DNA from: Nanopusillaceae archaeon | GTDB lineage: Archaea > Nanobdellota > Nanobdellia > Nanobdellales > Nanobdellaceae | DNA length: 32,000 bases | Direction: 5' to 3' | NCBI GenBank assembly: GCA_049974095.1 | Contig: JBMFJD010000008.1 | Location: 18,577-50,576, forward strand | Shown here: in pieces, positions 1 to 8,707 of the stretch | Numbering within the stretch: the first letter of the stretch is position 1 | How the letters are laid out: each line of letters begins with the position of its first letter | Made by a program: the position numbers and the translations under genes | Notes under the pieces: model-generated | Databases searched by the model: none | The model's input: only the letters and a program-made list of their open reading frames with translations | Told to the model about the DNA's origin: nothing

Positions 1-17
1 TAATAAGAATAATAAAT

Positions 18-1040
18 ATGTTAAAGGGAAATAGAAAAATATTAGAAGAAGTAGATGAATATGCATTTTACGAATATCTATTACCTGGTATGGTATATTA
101 TTCTGCAGGAAAAACAATTAGAATAACAGATTATTATACAATTAATAATATAACATTTGTATTTTTTAGACCTGAAGTTCCATATATTGAAACACAACCA
201 ATTTATTATGAAGATGTAAAAATAATAAATACTATAGATAAGAAAAATGTAAATGATTGGGAAATATATTTAGGTGAAATAAAGGTAAGGAAAGAATATA
301 TTGGATATATAGAAAAATATAAATCTGGAGAAGAATATTTGCAAAATATAAATTATTATGATAGAAGTATTGTACATGAATTCAATACAAAGGCAATATG
401 GATTGTTATACCAGAAGAATATAAAAAAGCAGAAGATTTATATATTAATTATTTTAAGGAAAAATTGGAAAAATATTTAAAGGAAAAAATTTATAATATT
501 GAAATAGGAGAGATATATAATTTTGCATCTACAATAAATAAGGATTATTTCTATGATAAATATAGAGGATTGGCATCTAAAAAAATAAAAGAAATAATTG
601 AAGAATATCTGGAAAGAAATTATAAAATAAAAGACAAAAAATTGATATTTTTAATTAAAAAAATAGTAGATTATCAATCTTCATTTAAATCTGGATTACA
701 TGCAATAGAACATAATATAATAAAAATATCTCCAATTGTTACATATATAGATTCCCAAGAACTAGGTGGTTATTCTTATCCTATTCATTCTCAAACAAAT
801 AAACCAACAATATTTATATATGAAGGATATGAATCTGGTGTCGGATTAGCGGAAATATTATTTAATAATATTGAAAAATTAATCAAAAAATCTGTTAAAT
901 CTTTATTTTCTTGTAAATGCTTGGATGGATGTCCCAGATGTATATATTCTCCCAAATGTGGAAATTATAATGAATATTTAGATAAATATTCTGGAAGATT
1001 TATATATAAAATATTTTTAAATAAAAATATTTCTAAATAA
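18..1040 (+). CDS. DUF1998/MrfA-type zinc-binding domain protein, probably the C-terminal module of a DEAD/DEAH (Lhr/YprA-like) helicase. The gene may start upstream of the window.
   Basis: The C-terminal cluster SCKCLDGCPRCIYSPKCGNYNEYLDK has the four-Cys pattern typical of DUF1998 at the end of large helicase-related proteins. No Walker or helicase motifs occur in these 340 aa. The frame has no stop between nt 3 and 17, so the first ATG is only a minimum start. Confidence 0.55.
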   Translation: MLKGNRKILEEVDEYAFYEYLLPGMVYYSAGKTIRITDYYTINNITFVFFRPEVPYIETQPIYYEDVKIINTIDKKNVNDWEIYLGEIKVRKEYIGYIEKYKSGEEYLQNINYYDRSIVHEFNTKAIWIVIPEEYKKAEDLYINYFKEKLEKYLKEKIYNIEIGEIYNFASTINKDYFYDKYRGLASKKIKEIIEEYLERNYKIKDKKLIFLIKKIVDYQSSFKSGLHAIEHNIIKISPIVTYIDSQELGGYSYPIHSQTNKPTIFIYEGYESGVGLAEILFNNIEKLIKKSVKSLFSCKCLDGCPRCIYSPKCGNYNEYLDKYSGRFIYKIFLNKNISK

Positions 1041-1043
1041 TAT

Positions 1044-1256
1044 ATGAAGAGTCAAACAATGGGTAAAGGTTCTGCATTAATATTATCTATAATATTAATA
1101 GTTATTATTTTGGTAGCATATTCTGTACTTGTATATCATAATTTCTTTGGGGCATTTTACGAATTTATATCCCTTTTTCAACAATATCCTTTAAATGAAA
1201 TAATTATTTTATTAGCAGGATTTCTAATTGGATATTTCCAAGGTAAAGCATTTTAG
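1044..1256 (+). CDS. Small hypothetical membrane protein (two predicted TM helices)
   Basis: 70-aa ORF, tightly spaced after the previous gene, with two long hydrophobic stretches (ALILSIILIVIILVAYSVLV and IIILLAGFLIGYF). No family recognised. Confidence 0.4.
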   Translation: MKSQTMGKGSALILSIILIVIILVAYSVLVYHNFFGAFYEFISLFQQYPLNEIIILLAGFLIGYFQGKAF

Positions 1257-1290
1257 ATATCTTTATTAAATTTTTTCAAAAATATTATTT

Positions 1291-2037
1291 ATGAAAGTGA
1301 CTTTTCCTCAAGCTAAAGAATTAAAAAATATAATGCCAGCTATAGTGAGTTTCTTATCAGAAGGAACATTCAAAGCAAATAAGGATGGAATATTTCTATC
1401 TTCATTGGATCCAGCAAATGTAGCAGTAATATTATTAGATATGTATCCAAATATGTTTACAGAATATGATGTAAATGAAGAAGAAAAATTTACAATAAAT
1501 CTAGAAGATCTAAAGAAAATATTGACAAAAGTAAAATTAAAAGATCAAGTAAGTTGGGAAATAGATAAGGAAAAAAATAAATTTGTATTAGAAATAAAAA
1601 GTAAGGCAAGGAAAGTATTTACATTACCATTAATAGAATCTGAAGGATCTTTTATGGAGTTACCAAATCTAGAATTACCAGTAAAAGTTGAAATGGATTC
1701 TAAATCATTTTATGATATAATAGACTCTGCAAAGGTTGTTGCAGATGAAATAAAAGTTATTGCAGATCCAGATGGACCAAAGGTATCTTTTGTTGCAGAA
1801 GGAGAATTAAAAGATATGAGAATTGATCTTACTCCGCAAGATGAAAGTGTATTATCTATGGAAGTTCCTTCAAAAGCATTATCAAGATATTCTATTGATT
1901 ATTTATATAAATTATCAAAAGTAGCAAAAATATCAGATACATTAACATTTAGATTTGATACAGGAAAACCAATTTGGATTGATTATAAATCCACTGACAA
2001 ATTTAGATTCGGATTTGTATTAGCTCCAAGAGAATAA
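1291..2037 (+). CDS. pcn: DNA polymerase sliding clamp PCNA
   Basis: 248 aa, the typical PCNA length. The two-domain pattern and the N-terminus (F..AKELKNI...L..EGTFKANKDGIFL.S.DPANVA) match archaeal PCNA. Confidence 0.9.
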   Translation: MKVTFPQAKELKNIMPAIVSFLSEGTFKANKDGIFLSSLDPANVAVILLDMYPNMFTEYDVNEEEKFTINLEDLKKILTKVKLKDQVSWEIDKEKNKFVLEIKSKARKVFTLPLIESEGSFMELPNLELPVKVEMDSKSFYDIIDSAKVVADEIKVIADPDGPKVSFVAEGELKDMRIDLTPQDESVLSMEVPSKALSRYSIDYLYKLSKVAKISDTLTFRFDTGKPIWIDYKSTDKFRFGFVLAPRE

Positions 2038-2202
2038 TCTTATTTTTTAATACTTCTCCCATAAATACATTTTTGGGGTAATTTATTATAATAGGTATAA
2101 TATATGAGGTACATGTTATGGGTATTAGAAAAATATCATTTGGTATGGTCATGAGTAGTCTATATATAATAATTTGGTTCCTTAAAAGGAAAATAAGAAA
2201 AG

Positions 2203-2211
2203 TTTTATAAA
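2203..2211 (+). promoter_or_regulatory. TATA-like box (TTTTATAAA) centred about 27 nt upstream of the histone ATG. Implies a leaderless mRNA.
   Basis: AAAAG (BRE-like) followed by TTTTATAAA. The spacing to ATG 2234 equals the usual archaeal TATA-to-TSS distance. The AT-rich background makes this weak evidence. Confidence 0.35.
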
Positions 2212-2233
2212 TTCAATTATAATATATATTTTT

Positions 2234-2476
2234 ATGGCAAGAGGAGAAAGAGGAATTCCAATGGCTGTAGTAGAAAGGATCTTGAAACAAAAGGGTGAAC
2301 AAGCTGGAGTAACAAGAGTATCAGATAAAGCAATAAGATTCTTAAAACAACAATTAGAGGATATAGCTTTTGAAATTGCAAAAGAAGCAGTATCATTGGC
2401 AACACATGGAAAAAGAACAACAGTAAAAAGAGAAGATATACAATTAGCAGTAGGTGCTATATTTAAGAAATTGTAA
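2234..2476 (+). CDS. Archaeal histone (HMf family histone fold)
   Basis: The 80-aa sequence IPMAVVERILKQ...RVSDKAIRFLKQQLEDIAFEIAKEAVSLATHGKRTTVKREDIQLAV aligns by eye with the HMfA/B histone fold, including the RVS, RKT-like and ED.LAV positions. Confidence 0.9.
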   Translation: MARGERGIPMAVVERILKQKGEQAGVTRVSDKAIRFLKQQLEDIAFEIAKEAVSLATHGKRTTVKREDIQLAVGAIFKKL

Positions 2477-2542
2477 AGGCTTTCAAAATCCTTTTTCTTT
2501 CTTTTATTTTAGATTTTTAAATATTATTATAATAACATAGTT

Positions 2543-3157
2543 ATGGATGTAGCAAGTAGAGCTTCTTTAGATCAAGAAATTTATTTAAGAGGATTGACTG
2601 GATACTTGGTTGGAAAAAATTTATTTGAAGGATATAAAAAACTGGCTATAATAACATATCCAGATAGAATTTGTTCATCAATGGCAAGTTCTGTAGTTTC
2701 TTCATTTTTATCTACAGGAATGTATAAAGATTATAGTGCTTCAGTATTTTTATATGATGAAAATAAATTGGAAGAAATAGTAAAAGAAATAATAAAATAT
2801 GATCCAGATATATTGTTTATTGCATATGGAGGAGAGCAAAAATTATCGCATGTATCAGAAATTACAAAGAAAACAATTGAAAAATTAATGAAAAATAATT
2901 ATAAAAAAGCATTGGCAATACATGTAAGAACATGGTTAGCAACAAAGCAATTATCAGATATATTGTCAGATAATAAATTAAAAGAATATTTAAAATCATT
3001 ACCAGAAATAAGATTATTTACTGCAGATGCTCAAAACAAGAAATTCTTTTTCAATAAAGTAAAAATTGAAGATATTGTAAAATTAGAAAAGTTTAAAGAA
3101 GAAAATATAACTGATGAACATGCAAATTTACTAAAAATATCTATTCCACCTCAATAG
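2543..3157 (+). CDS. Hypothetical protein
   Basis: 204-aa ORF with normal coding composition. No recognisable motif. Its 3' end overlaps the convergent nth gene by 17 nt. Confidence 0.5.
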   Translation: MDVASRASLDQEIYLRGLTGYLVGKNLFEGYKKLAIITYPDRICSSMASSVVSSFLSTGMYKDYSASVFLYDENKLEEIVKEIIKYDPDILFIAYGGEQKLSHVSEITKKTIEKLMKNNYKKALAIHVRTWLATKQLSDILSDNKLKEYLKSLPEIRLFTADAQNKKFFFNKVKIEDIVKLEKFKEENITDEHANLLKISIPPQ

Positions 3158-3785
3158 TTTTTCCATAATTGCATATATTTTTTATTTTACAAATATTACA
3201 TCTTGGATTTATAGGTTTGCAAATATTTCTTCCAAAAATTACAAAAGTAAAATTAATATCTTTCCAATATTTTTCAGGAATAATTCTATATAATTCTTTT
3301 TCAGTCTCTTCAGGGCTTTTTGTTTTTACAATTCCTATTCTATTAAATATCCTATGAACATGAGTATCTACAGCAATATAATTTTTATTACATACGATTA
3401 TTAAATATACATTTGCAACTTTTCTCCCAACTCCAGGTAAAGATCTGATATATTCTTCATCGCAATATTTATTATAATCCCATAAATTTGCTATTTCCTT
3501 TATCCATTTCGCTTTATTATTATATAATCCTATATCTTTTATTGTATTTTTTATTTCTTCCAAAGATGCTTTTTTAAAATCTTCTAATTTTTTAAATTTA
3601 TTAAATAATCTTTCAGATACTTCTAATGTTTTTTCTTCTCTTACTCTAATAGATAATAAAATTGTAATTAATACTTTAAAAGGATCTTTATATTTTTCCC
3701 ATATATATGGAGATGCAAGTTTTTCATTAATATCGCTTTCATTTAATGTTTCTTTTACTCCTTTAATTATTTTCTCTACATCCAT
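3141..3785 (-). CDS. nth: Endonuclease III (HhH-GPD DNA glycosylase/AP lyase with a 4Fe-4S cluster)
   Basis: HhH motif LPGVGRKVANVYL with the catalytic Lys, VDTHVHRI with the catalytic Asp, and the C-terminal Cys-x6-Cys-x2-Cys-x5-Cys cluster (CKPINPRCNICKIKNIC). Confidence 0.88.
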   Translation of the reverse strand: MDVEKIIKGVKETLNESDINEKLASPYIWEKYKDPFKVLITILLSIRVREEKTLEVSERLFNKFKKLEDFKKASLEEIKNTIKDIGLYNNKAKWIKEIANLWDYNKYCDEEYIRSLPGVGRKVANVYLIIVCNKNYIAVDTHVHRIFNRIGIVKTKSPEETEKELYRIIPEKYWKDINFTFVIFGRNICKPINPRCNICKIKNICNYGKTIEVE

Positions 3786-3786
3786 A

Positions 3787-5013
3787 TTATATAAACATAC
3801 CTTTATCTAAAGGATTTATTACAACATAATTCCCATCATATACAACTTTTTCTACTATTTTTGAAAATTCATCAATATCTTTACTTTTTATATTCATCAT
3901 TCTATTTATTAATTCTTTATTATAATCTTCAAATAATTTACCTGTATATGGATATAATACCAATGGATCTTCAAATAATCTTTCTGATAAATTAAATTTT
4001 ACTTTATAATTATCCAATATAAAATTATATGTAATTTTTTTGATATATTTTTCGTCTATACTTTTTATTTCATTTAAAAATTCTTCTATAGCTTTATTTA
4101 ATTGATATATTCTGTTTCCGTTTATTCTCTCTAAATAAAAACTCAATATTATTTCATCATCATAATATATTAAAAATCTTATAGCAGCATTAAAAGAAAT
4201 ATTATATTTTTTAACTAATATATTCTTTAACAGTGTATCTCTTCCGAAGGTAAATAAAAATATTAAAGGATCATATTCAGGAAATTTCTTTGCATCTATA
4301 TTTATTGAAGAAGCATAATAAGTAAAATCTGGTCTTGAAGTATAATCAGTTATATTTGTACCTTTATCCTTACTTGGATTTTTTATTTTTTCCCTTTTTC
4401 CTTCAATTTTTGAAAAATAATTTATCAATAAATTTATATCATCCTCATCTACATTCCCTTCTAAAAATATTATTAAATTATCTGGAGTATAATATTTTCT
4501 TTTATATTCTTCCAATATTTTTTCATTGATATTTTTTATTGTATTTTCATATCCTATAATTTGTTCTCCATAATCTGAGTATCCATATACAGATGTTGGT
4601 ATTAAATTCATTAATTTACTAAATCCATTAGCATTAGTTTTTTCAATAATGTTCAACATTTCTAATTTTAAATTTTCTATTTCATTATTCTCAAACTGCA
4701 AATTTATTATACAATTATATAATATATCTATAATATCTTTGAATTTTTCTTTAATAGTTTGAATTACAAAAACACTCTTAGATTCTTCTGTACGAATTAT
4801 ATAAGTACTTCCATTATCCCCCAATGTTTTCAATATATGTTTTTTATTGCCAGATCTAAACATAATTCTATTTTCAAAATTTGTTATTCCTCTATATTCT
4901 TTATCTTCATATATAGATCCTATATTAAATAATAGAGCAATTCCTATTATATCTATAGGTAATTTATCTACAATTATTTTTATTCCGTTTTCTAAATTAA
5001 TTTCTTTCATCAT
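3787..5013 (-). CDS. M16 (pitrilysin) family peptidase-like protein, predicted non-catalytic subunit
   Basis: 408 aa, the same length class and N-terminal beta-strand pattern (GIALLFNIGSIYEDKEYRGITNF) as the upstream paralog. The HxxEH zinc motif is replaced by NFENR. Confidence 0.7.
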   Translation of the reverse strand: MMKEINLENGIKIIVDKLPIDIIGIALLFNIGSIYEDKEYRGITNFENRIMFRSGNKKHILKTLGDNGSTYIIRTEESKSVFVIQTIKEKFKDIIDILYNCIINLQFENNEIENLKLEMLNIIEKTNANGFSKLMNLIPTSVYGYSDYGEQIIGYENTIKNINEKILEEYKRKYYTPDNLIIFLEGNVDEDDINLLINYFSKIEGKREKIKNPSKDKGTNITDYTSRPDFTYYASSINIDAKKFPEYDPLIFLFTFGRDTLLKNILVKKYNISFNAAIRFLIYYDDEIILSFYLERINGNRIYQLNKAIEEFLNEIKSIDEKYIKKITYNFILDNYKVKFNLSERLFEDPLVLYPYTGKLFEDYNKELINRMMNIKSKDIDEFSKIVEKVVYDGNYVVINPLDKGMFI

Positions 5014-6220
5014 TATTTTCAGGATATATAAATACTTTTCTTCCTTTATTTAATTCTTTTAAATATTTTCCTAATTCATTATATTTTTCTTTTATTATTT
5101 TTTCTTCTTCATTTTCAATTTCTTCTAAACTTTTTCCAAATTTTATAATATATATTGCTTCTTCAAATAGTCTTCTAAATATATTATTTTTTACTTTTGT
5201 CAAAAATAGGAATTTTTCTCTTTTAATTCTTCCATCAATATATTCTTTATCAACATATTCTTCATATTTATCTATAAAATAATTTATTGCTTCATCCAAT
5301 AGTTTTTCTTTATTTATATCGAAACCAGGTATTAATAAAGAAAGTATAGAATAATTATAAATGGACCAACTGTTTAATGATTGTGTATATCCTATACCAT
5401 ATTTATTTCTAAATATTTGAAATATTTTTGATGAAACTCCTCCAGATAATAAACTTTCTAAGGCTTCTAAATAAAATATATCATTTATATCAAAATATGT
5501 TGATAGAGAAAAATAAATTTGATCTTTTATTTCCTTCTTCTTTATTATTATATCATTTCCGTTATCTATACTTGGATTTTTCTTTTTATCACTATTTCCT
5601 TCAATTTTTTCAAAATATTCTTTTATTTTTTTAATATGATAATCATTAAAATTTCCTTCCACAATTATTGACATATTATCTGGATTATAATATCTTTCTT
5701 TAAATTCTTCAATATCTTCCTTATATATATTGTTTATTGTTTCCTTTGTTCCCCCAATTGGATCTCCTAGATCAGAATTTCCAAATAAAGATTTTGAAAT
5801 ATTTATATTTAGTAAATCTTCAGGATCATTTTCATATCTTAATATTTCTGATAATATTACTTTCTTTTCTTTTTCGAATTCATCCTCTTTATATTTTTTA
5901 TTTATTATTGCATAATATAATATATCTAATATTTTTTCAAATCCTTCTGGAATTGTTTCTACTAAGAATACGGTAATATCTTGGGAAGTATATGCATTTG
6001 ATATTCCTCCATTTAATTCTAATCCATAATCTATTTGTTCTGTGCTATATTTTTCATTTGATTTAAACATCATATGTTCTAAGAAATGAGATATACCTCT
6101 TTTTTCCTTTTCTTCATATATAGATCCAATATTAAATACTATACCTATACCAATACTATCTGTACCTTTCAAATATATTTTGTACAAAGGTATATTATTT
6201 TTTAAATATTCTACTTCCAT
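4997..6220 (-). CDS. M16 (pitrilysin) family zinc peptidase, catalytic subunit
   Basis: Inverted zinc-binding motif HFLEHMMF (HxxEH) near the N-terminus, and typical M16 N-terminal sequence GIGIVFNIGSIYEEKEKRGISHFLEHMMFKS...NAYTS.D.T. Confidence 0.8.
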   Translation of the reverse strand: MEVEYLKNNIPLYKIYLKGTDSIGIGIVFNIGSIYEEKEKRGISHFLEHMMFKSNEKYSTEQIDYGLELNGGISNAYTSQDITVFLVETIPEGFEKILDILYYAIINKKYKEDEFEKEKKVILSEILRYENDPEDLLNINISKSLFGNSDLGDPIGGTKETINNIYKEDIEEFKERYYNPDNMSIIVEGNFNDYHIKKIKEYFEKIEGNSDKKKNPSIDNGNDIIIKKKEIKDQIYFSLSTYFDINDIFYLEALESLLSGGVSSKIFQIFRNKYGIGYTQSLNSWSIYNYSILSLLIPGFDINKEKLLDEAINYFIDKYEEYVDKEYIDGRIKREKFLFLTKVKNNIFRRLFEEAIYIIKFGKSLEEIENEEEKIIKEKYNELGKYLKELNKGRKVFIYPENNDERN

Positions 6221-6263
6221 TTTTCTAAATAATTATTTAAATATTTAAAAAATATATAATAAA

Positions 6264-6665
6264 ATGCCAGAAATACAGGTAAAAAAAGTAATTGATTTAA
6301 AGAAAGGATCATATGTATGGTACAATAATGAAGTATGGGAAGTATTAGAAATGGAAACTGCAAAGACAGGAAAACATGGATCTGCTAAGGCAAGAATTGT
6401 AATAAGATCATTAATTTCTGGAAAGACTACAGAATTAGTAAAACCTACCCAGGATCCAATAGAAGTACCTATTATAAATAAAATAAGGGGACAAGTAATA
6501 GCAAAGGTATCTGATGATACATATACAGTAATGAATCTAGATAATTATGAAACATTTGATGCAAAAGTAATTGATGAAAATTTAAAAGGAAAAATACAAG
6601 AAGGACAAAAAGTTTTAGTATGGGATGTTGGAGAGAAAATAATAGTACAAGCATTTAGAGAATGA
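6264..6665 (+). CDS. eif5a: Translation initiation factor 5A (aIF5A)
   Basis: 133 aa. The hypusination loop TAKTGKHGSAKARI is diagnostic, followed by a C-terminal OB-fold-like region. Confidence 0.95.
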   Translation: MPEIQVKKVIDLKKGSYVWYNNEVWEVLEMETAKTGKHGSAKARIVIRSLISGKTTELVKPTQDPIEVPIINKIRGQVIAKVSDDTYTVMNLDNYETFDAKVIDENLKGKIQEGQKVLVWDVGEKIIVQAFRE

Positions 6666-6976
6666 ATATAAAAGAGAAAATAGAAAATAGGTTAGATAAT
6701 ATATTAAATAAATATCCTACTCTAAAAAATTTTTTGTTAAATACTTTAAAATGGTATTTTCCAGAGGATAAAAATAAATTAAAGAAAATCTATCTTTTTA
6801 ATACTCTTGGTTATGTAATTTCTCTTTCAGTTTATTATTATATTTTTCATGATCCTAAATCATTTTATATTTTACAATCAAGTGTCCAATATATAGTAAA
6901 TAATGCTTTACCTACAATGTATACTAAAATAGAAGGTATAAGGGAAATATTAAAAGAAATTATACCTTATATTTAA
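6662..6976 (+). CDS. Hypothetical protein (one hydrophobic helix)
   Basis: 104-aa ORF whose ATG overlaps the aIF5A stop (ATGA), suggesting coupling. No family recognised. Confidence 0.45.
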   Translation: MNIKEKIENRLDNILNKYPTLKNFLLNTLKWYFPEDKNKLKKIYLFNTLGYVISLSVYYYIFHDPKSFYILQSSVQYIVNNALPTMYTKIEGIREILKEIIPYI

Positions 6977-7850
6977 TTTTTTTACTTATTTCGTCTGCTA
7001 ATCTAATTGGCTCTGGATAATTTCCCTTAATCCAATATTTTTCTGCTAATTCTTTACTTTTTTCTAATGATATTAAATTTCCTGGAGAAGCATATATTTT
7101 TTTATTTTCCTTTTCAATTATATATCCTCTTACTTCATTATCTATTATTATTTTATTGTCAATTATTTTTCCAGTTAATAAAGATTTTGTAATTCCTATT
7201 GTTGGTATATTTAATATTACTCCTACATATGATGCAAGTCCCATTTTTACAGGATGAGATATTCCATGTCCATTTACAAACAAAATATCTATTTTTTCTT
7301 TTATTTTATTAAATGTCTTTATAATTGGTTCTCCTTCTCTAAATGCTAAAAATGATGGAATATATGGAAATTCAATTTTTTCTTTAAAAATATATTTATT
7401 AATTAAATTTAATTCTTTATCTAAAATAACATAAACAATATATCCAAAATCATCTTTATAACTTAAATCTACTCCTCCAATATAAATTATTTCTTTAAAT
7501 CCATTTTCCAATATTATTTTTTTAGCTAATTCTTCTTGTATTTTTCTGTATTTTTCCAATATTTTTTCTTTAACAAAAAAATCTTTAAATAAATATTTAT
7601 CTAAATCTATTTTATTACCATTAATTATTACACCCTCTTTTATTAATAATTCTTTTTGTTTCAAATCTTTTACTATTCCATTTTCATTTACTACTCTCCA
7701 CCATGGAGCATTTATTTTTTTATAATATTGCAAAATAAATTTTATTGAATATGTAGATCCTAGGTATTCAGATAATATTTTGAATGTACTTATTTTGCCC
7801 TTTGGTATTTGATTAATTAAATTTTTTAGTTCTTCCAAAATTTCATGCAT
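6960..7850 (-). CDS. nfi: Fusion protein: N-terminal alkyltransferase-like (ATL/MGMT DNA-binding) domain plus C-terminal endonuclease V
   Basis: The N-terminal ~85 aa match the MGMT C-domain (IPKGKISTFKILSEYLG...INAPWWRVVNENG), with PWWRV in place of the PCHRV active site. Residues ~115-296 match EndoV (GGVDLSY, YIPSFLAFREGEP, VNGHGISHP, GLASYVGV, PTIGITKS). Confidence 0.85.
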   Translation of the reverse strand: MHEILEELKNLINQIPKGKISTFKILSEYLGSTYSIKFILQYYKKINAPWWRVVNENGIVKDLKQKELLIKEGVIINGNKIDLDKYLFKDFFVKEKILEKYRKIQEELAKKIILENGFKEIIYIGGVDLSYKDDFGYIVYVILDKELNLINKYIFKEKIEFPYIPSFLAFREGEPIIKTFNKIKEKIDILFVNGHGISHPVKMGLASYVGVILNIPTIGITKSLLTGKIIDNKIIIDNEVRGYIIEKENKKIYASPGNLISLEKSKELAEKYWIKGNYPEPIRLADEISKKIKYKV

Positions 7851-7890
7851 ATCTATTATATTTAAAAAAGTTATTTATAGTTAATATTAA

Positions 7891-8154
7891 ATGAAGGATT
7901 GGATAAAAGAAGCAGGATTAGGATTAATATTATTTCTAATAGGAGTAGGATTAGTATGGTATTGGTTAGGAGAAGTAATATTAATTATAAAAGGATTGAT
8001 AGGACCTGTATTATTAATATTAGGATTAATATTATTGTGGGTAGGATATGAGGATAAAAAAATAGAAAAGGAATTAAAGGAAATTGAAAAGGAATTAGAA
8101 AAGGAAGAAAAAGAGGAAAATAAACAAAATCAAAATCAAGAAAATAAGCAATGA
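7891..8154 (+). CDS. Small membrane protein with a charged K/E-rich C-terminal tail
   Basis: 87 aa. Two hydrophobic helices, then EKELKEIEKELEKEEKEENKQNQNQENKQ. The stop overlaps the L15e start (ATGA). Confidence 0.45.
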   Translation: MKDWIKEAGLGLILFLIGVGLVWYWLGEVILIIKGLIGPVLLILGLILLWVGYEDKKIEKELKEIEKELEKEEKEENKQNQNQENKQ

Positions 8155-8672
8155 AATCTTTTTATAGTTATATTTCAAAAATATGGAAAAATAGATTCAA
8201 AGATGAAAAGATAAAGAAATTTATAAGAGAAAGATTAATAAAATGGAGAAGAGAACCAGAAATTGTTAGAATTGAGAGACCTACAAGATTAGATAAAGCA
8301 AGAAAATTAGGATGGAAGCCAATAAATGGTATCATTATTGTTAGGGTAAGAGTAAAGAAGGGATGGAGAAAAAGAAAAGATATGCCAAGACATGTAAAGA
8401 CAAAAAGTTATTATTTCTATAGATCTTTAGATATACCATTACAATCAGTTGCAGAACAAAGAGCACAAAGAAAATATCCAAATATGGAAGTATTGGGATC
8501 ATATTATGTTGAAGAAGATGGAAAATATAAATGGTTTGAAGTAATATTAGCAGATCCAAATAATCCAAATGTGTATTCTAGAGAAGAATATTCTTGGTTA
8601 TTATTGAAGAAAAATAGAAAAAGGGCATTAAGGGGATTAACACCTTCTTTTAGATCTTCAAGACAATTATAA
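8151..8672 (+). CDS. rpl15e: 50S ribosomal protein L15e
   Basis: WRREPEIVRIERPTRLDKARKLGWK, AEQRAQRKYPNMEVLGSYYV, WFEVILADPNNP and RGLT match conserved L15e blocks. Confidence 0.92.
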   Translation: MKSFYSYISKIWKNRFKDEKIKKFIRERLIKWRREPEIVRIERPTRLDKARKLGWKPINGIIIVRVRVKKGWRKRKDMPRHVKTKSYYFYRSLDIPLQSVAEQRAQRKYPNMEVLGSYYVEEDGKYKWFEVILADPNNPNVYSREEYSWLLLKKNRKRALRGLTPSFRSSRQL

Positions 8673-8707
8673 CATAGTTATATAAATTTTTTTAATAAAT
8701 TATTTTA

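Noticed and set aside
2038-2233. The unusually long (196 nt) spacer between PCNA and the histone gene, considered as a possible ncRNA or C/D sRNA locus (it contains ATGAGG and CATGAGT).
   Set aside because: It has no proper C/D box pairs (no CTGA), no convincing stem-loops and no GC enrichment. A 16-codon mini-ORF there is not credible. It most likely holds the promoter and terminator for the flanking genes.
2232-2420. 62-aa ORF antisense to the histone gene.
   Set aside because: It lies entirely inside a strongly supported histone CDS on the other strand, and its L/F/I-rich sequence is typical of antisense shadow ORFs in AT-rich DNA.
3169-6654. Short plus- or minus-strand ORFs at 3169-3357, 4335-4529, 4847-5053, 5428-5634, 5730-5915, 5737-5976 and 6472-6654.
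   Set aside because: All are nested antisense within well-supported genes (nth, the two M16 peptidases, aIF5A). All have L/F/I/Y-rich low-complexity translations and no motifs.
8061-8110. An imperfect tandem DNA repeat (GAAAAGGAATTA...GAAAAGGAATTA).
   Set aside because: It lies within the 87-aa ORF and simply encodes the EKELKEIEKELEKEE low-complexity tail. There is no spacer or repeat regularity.
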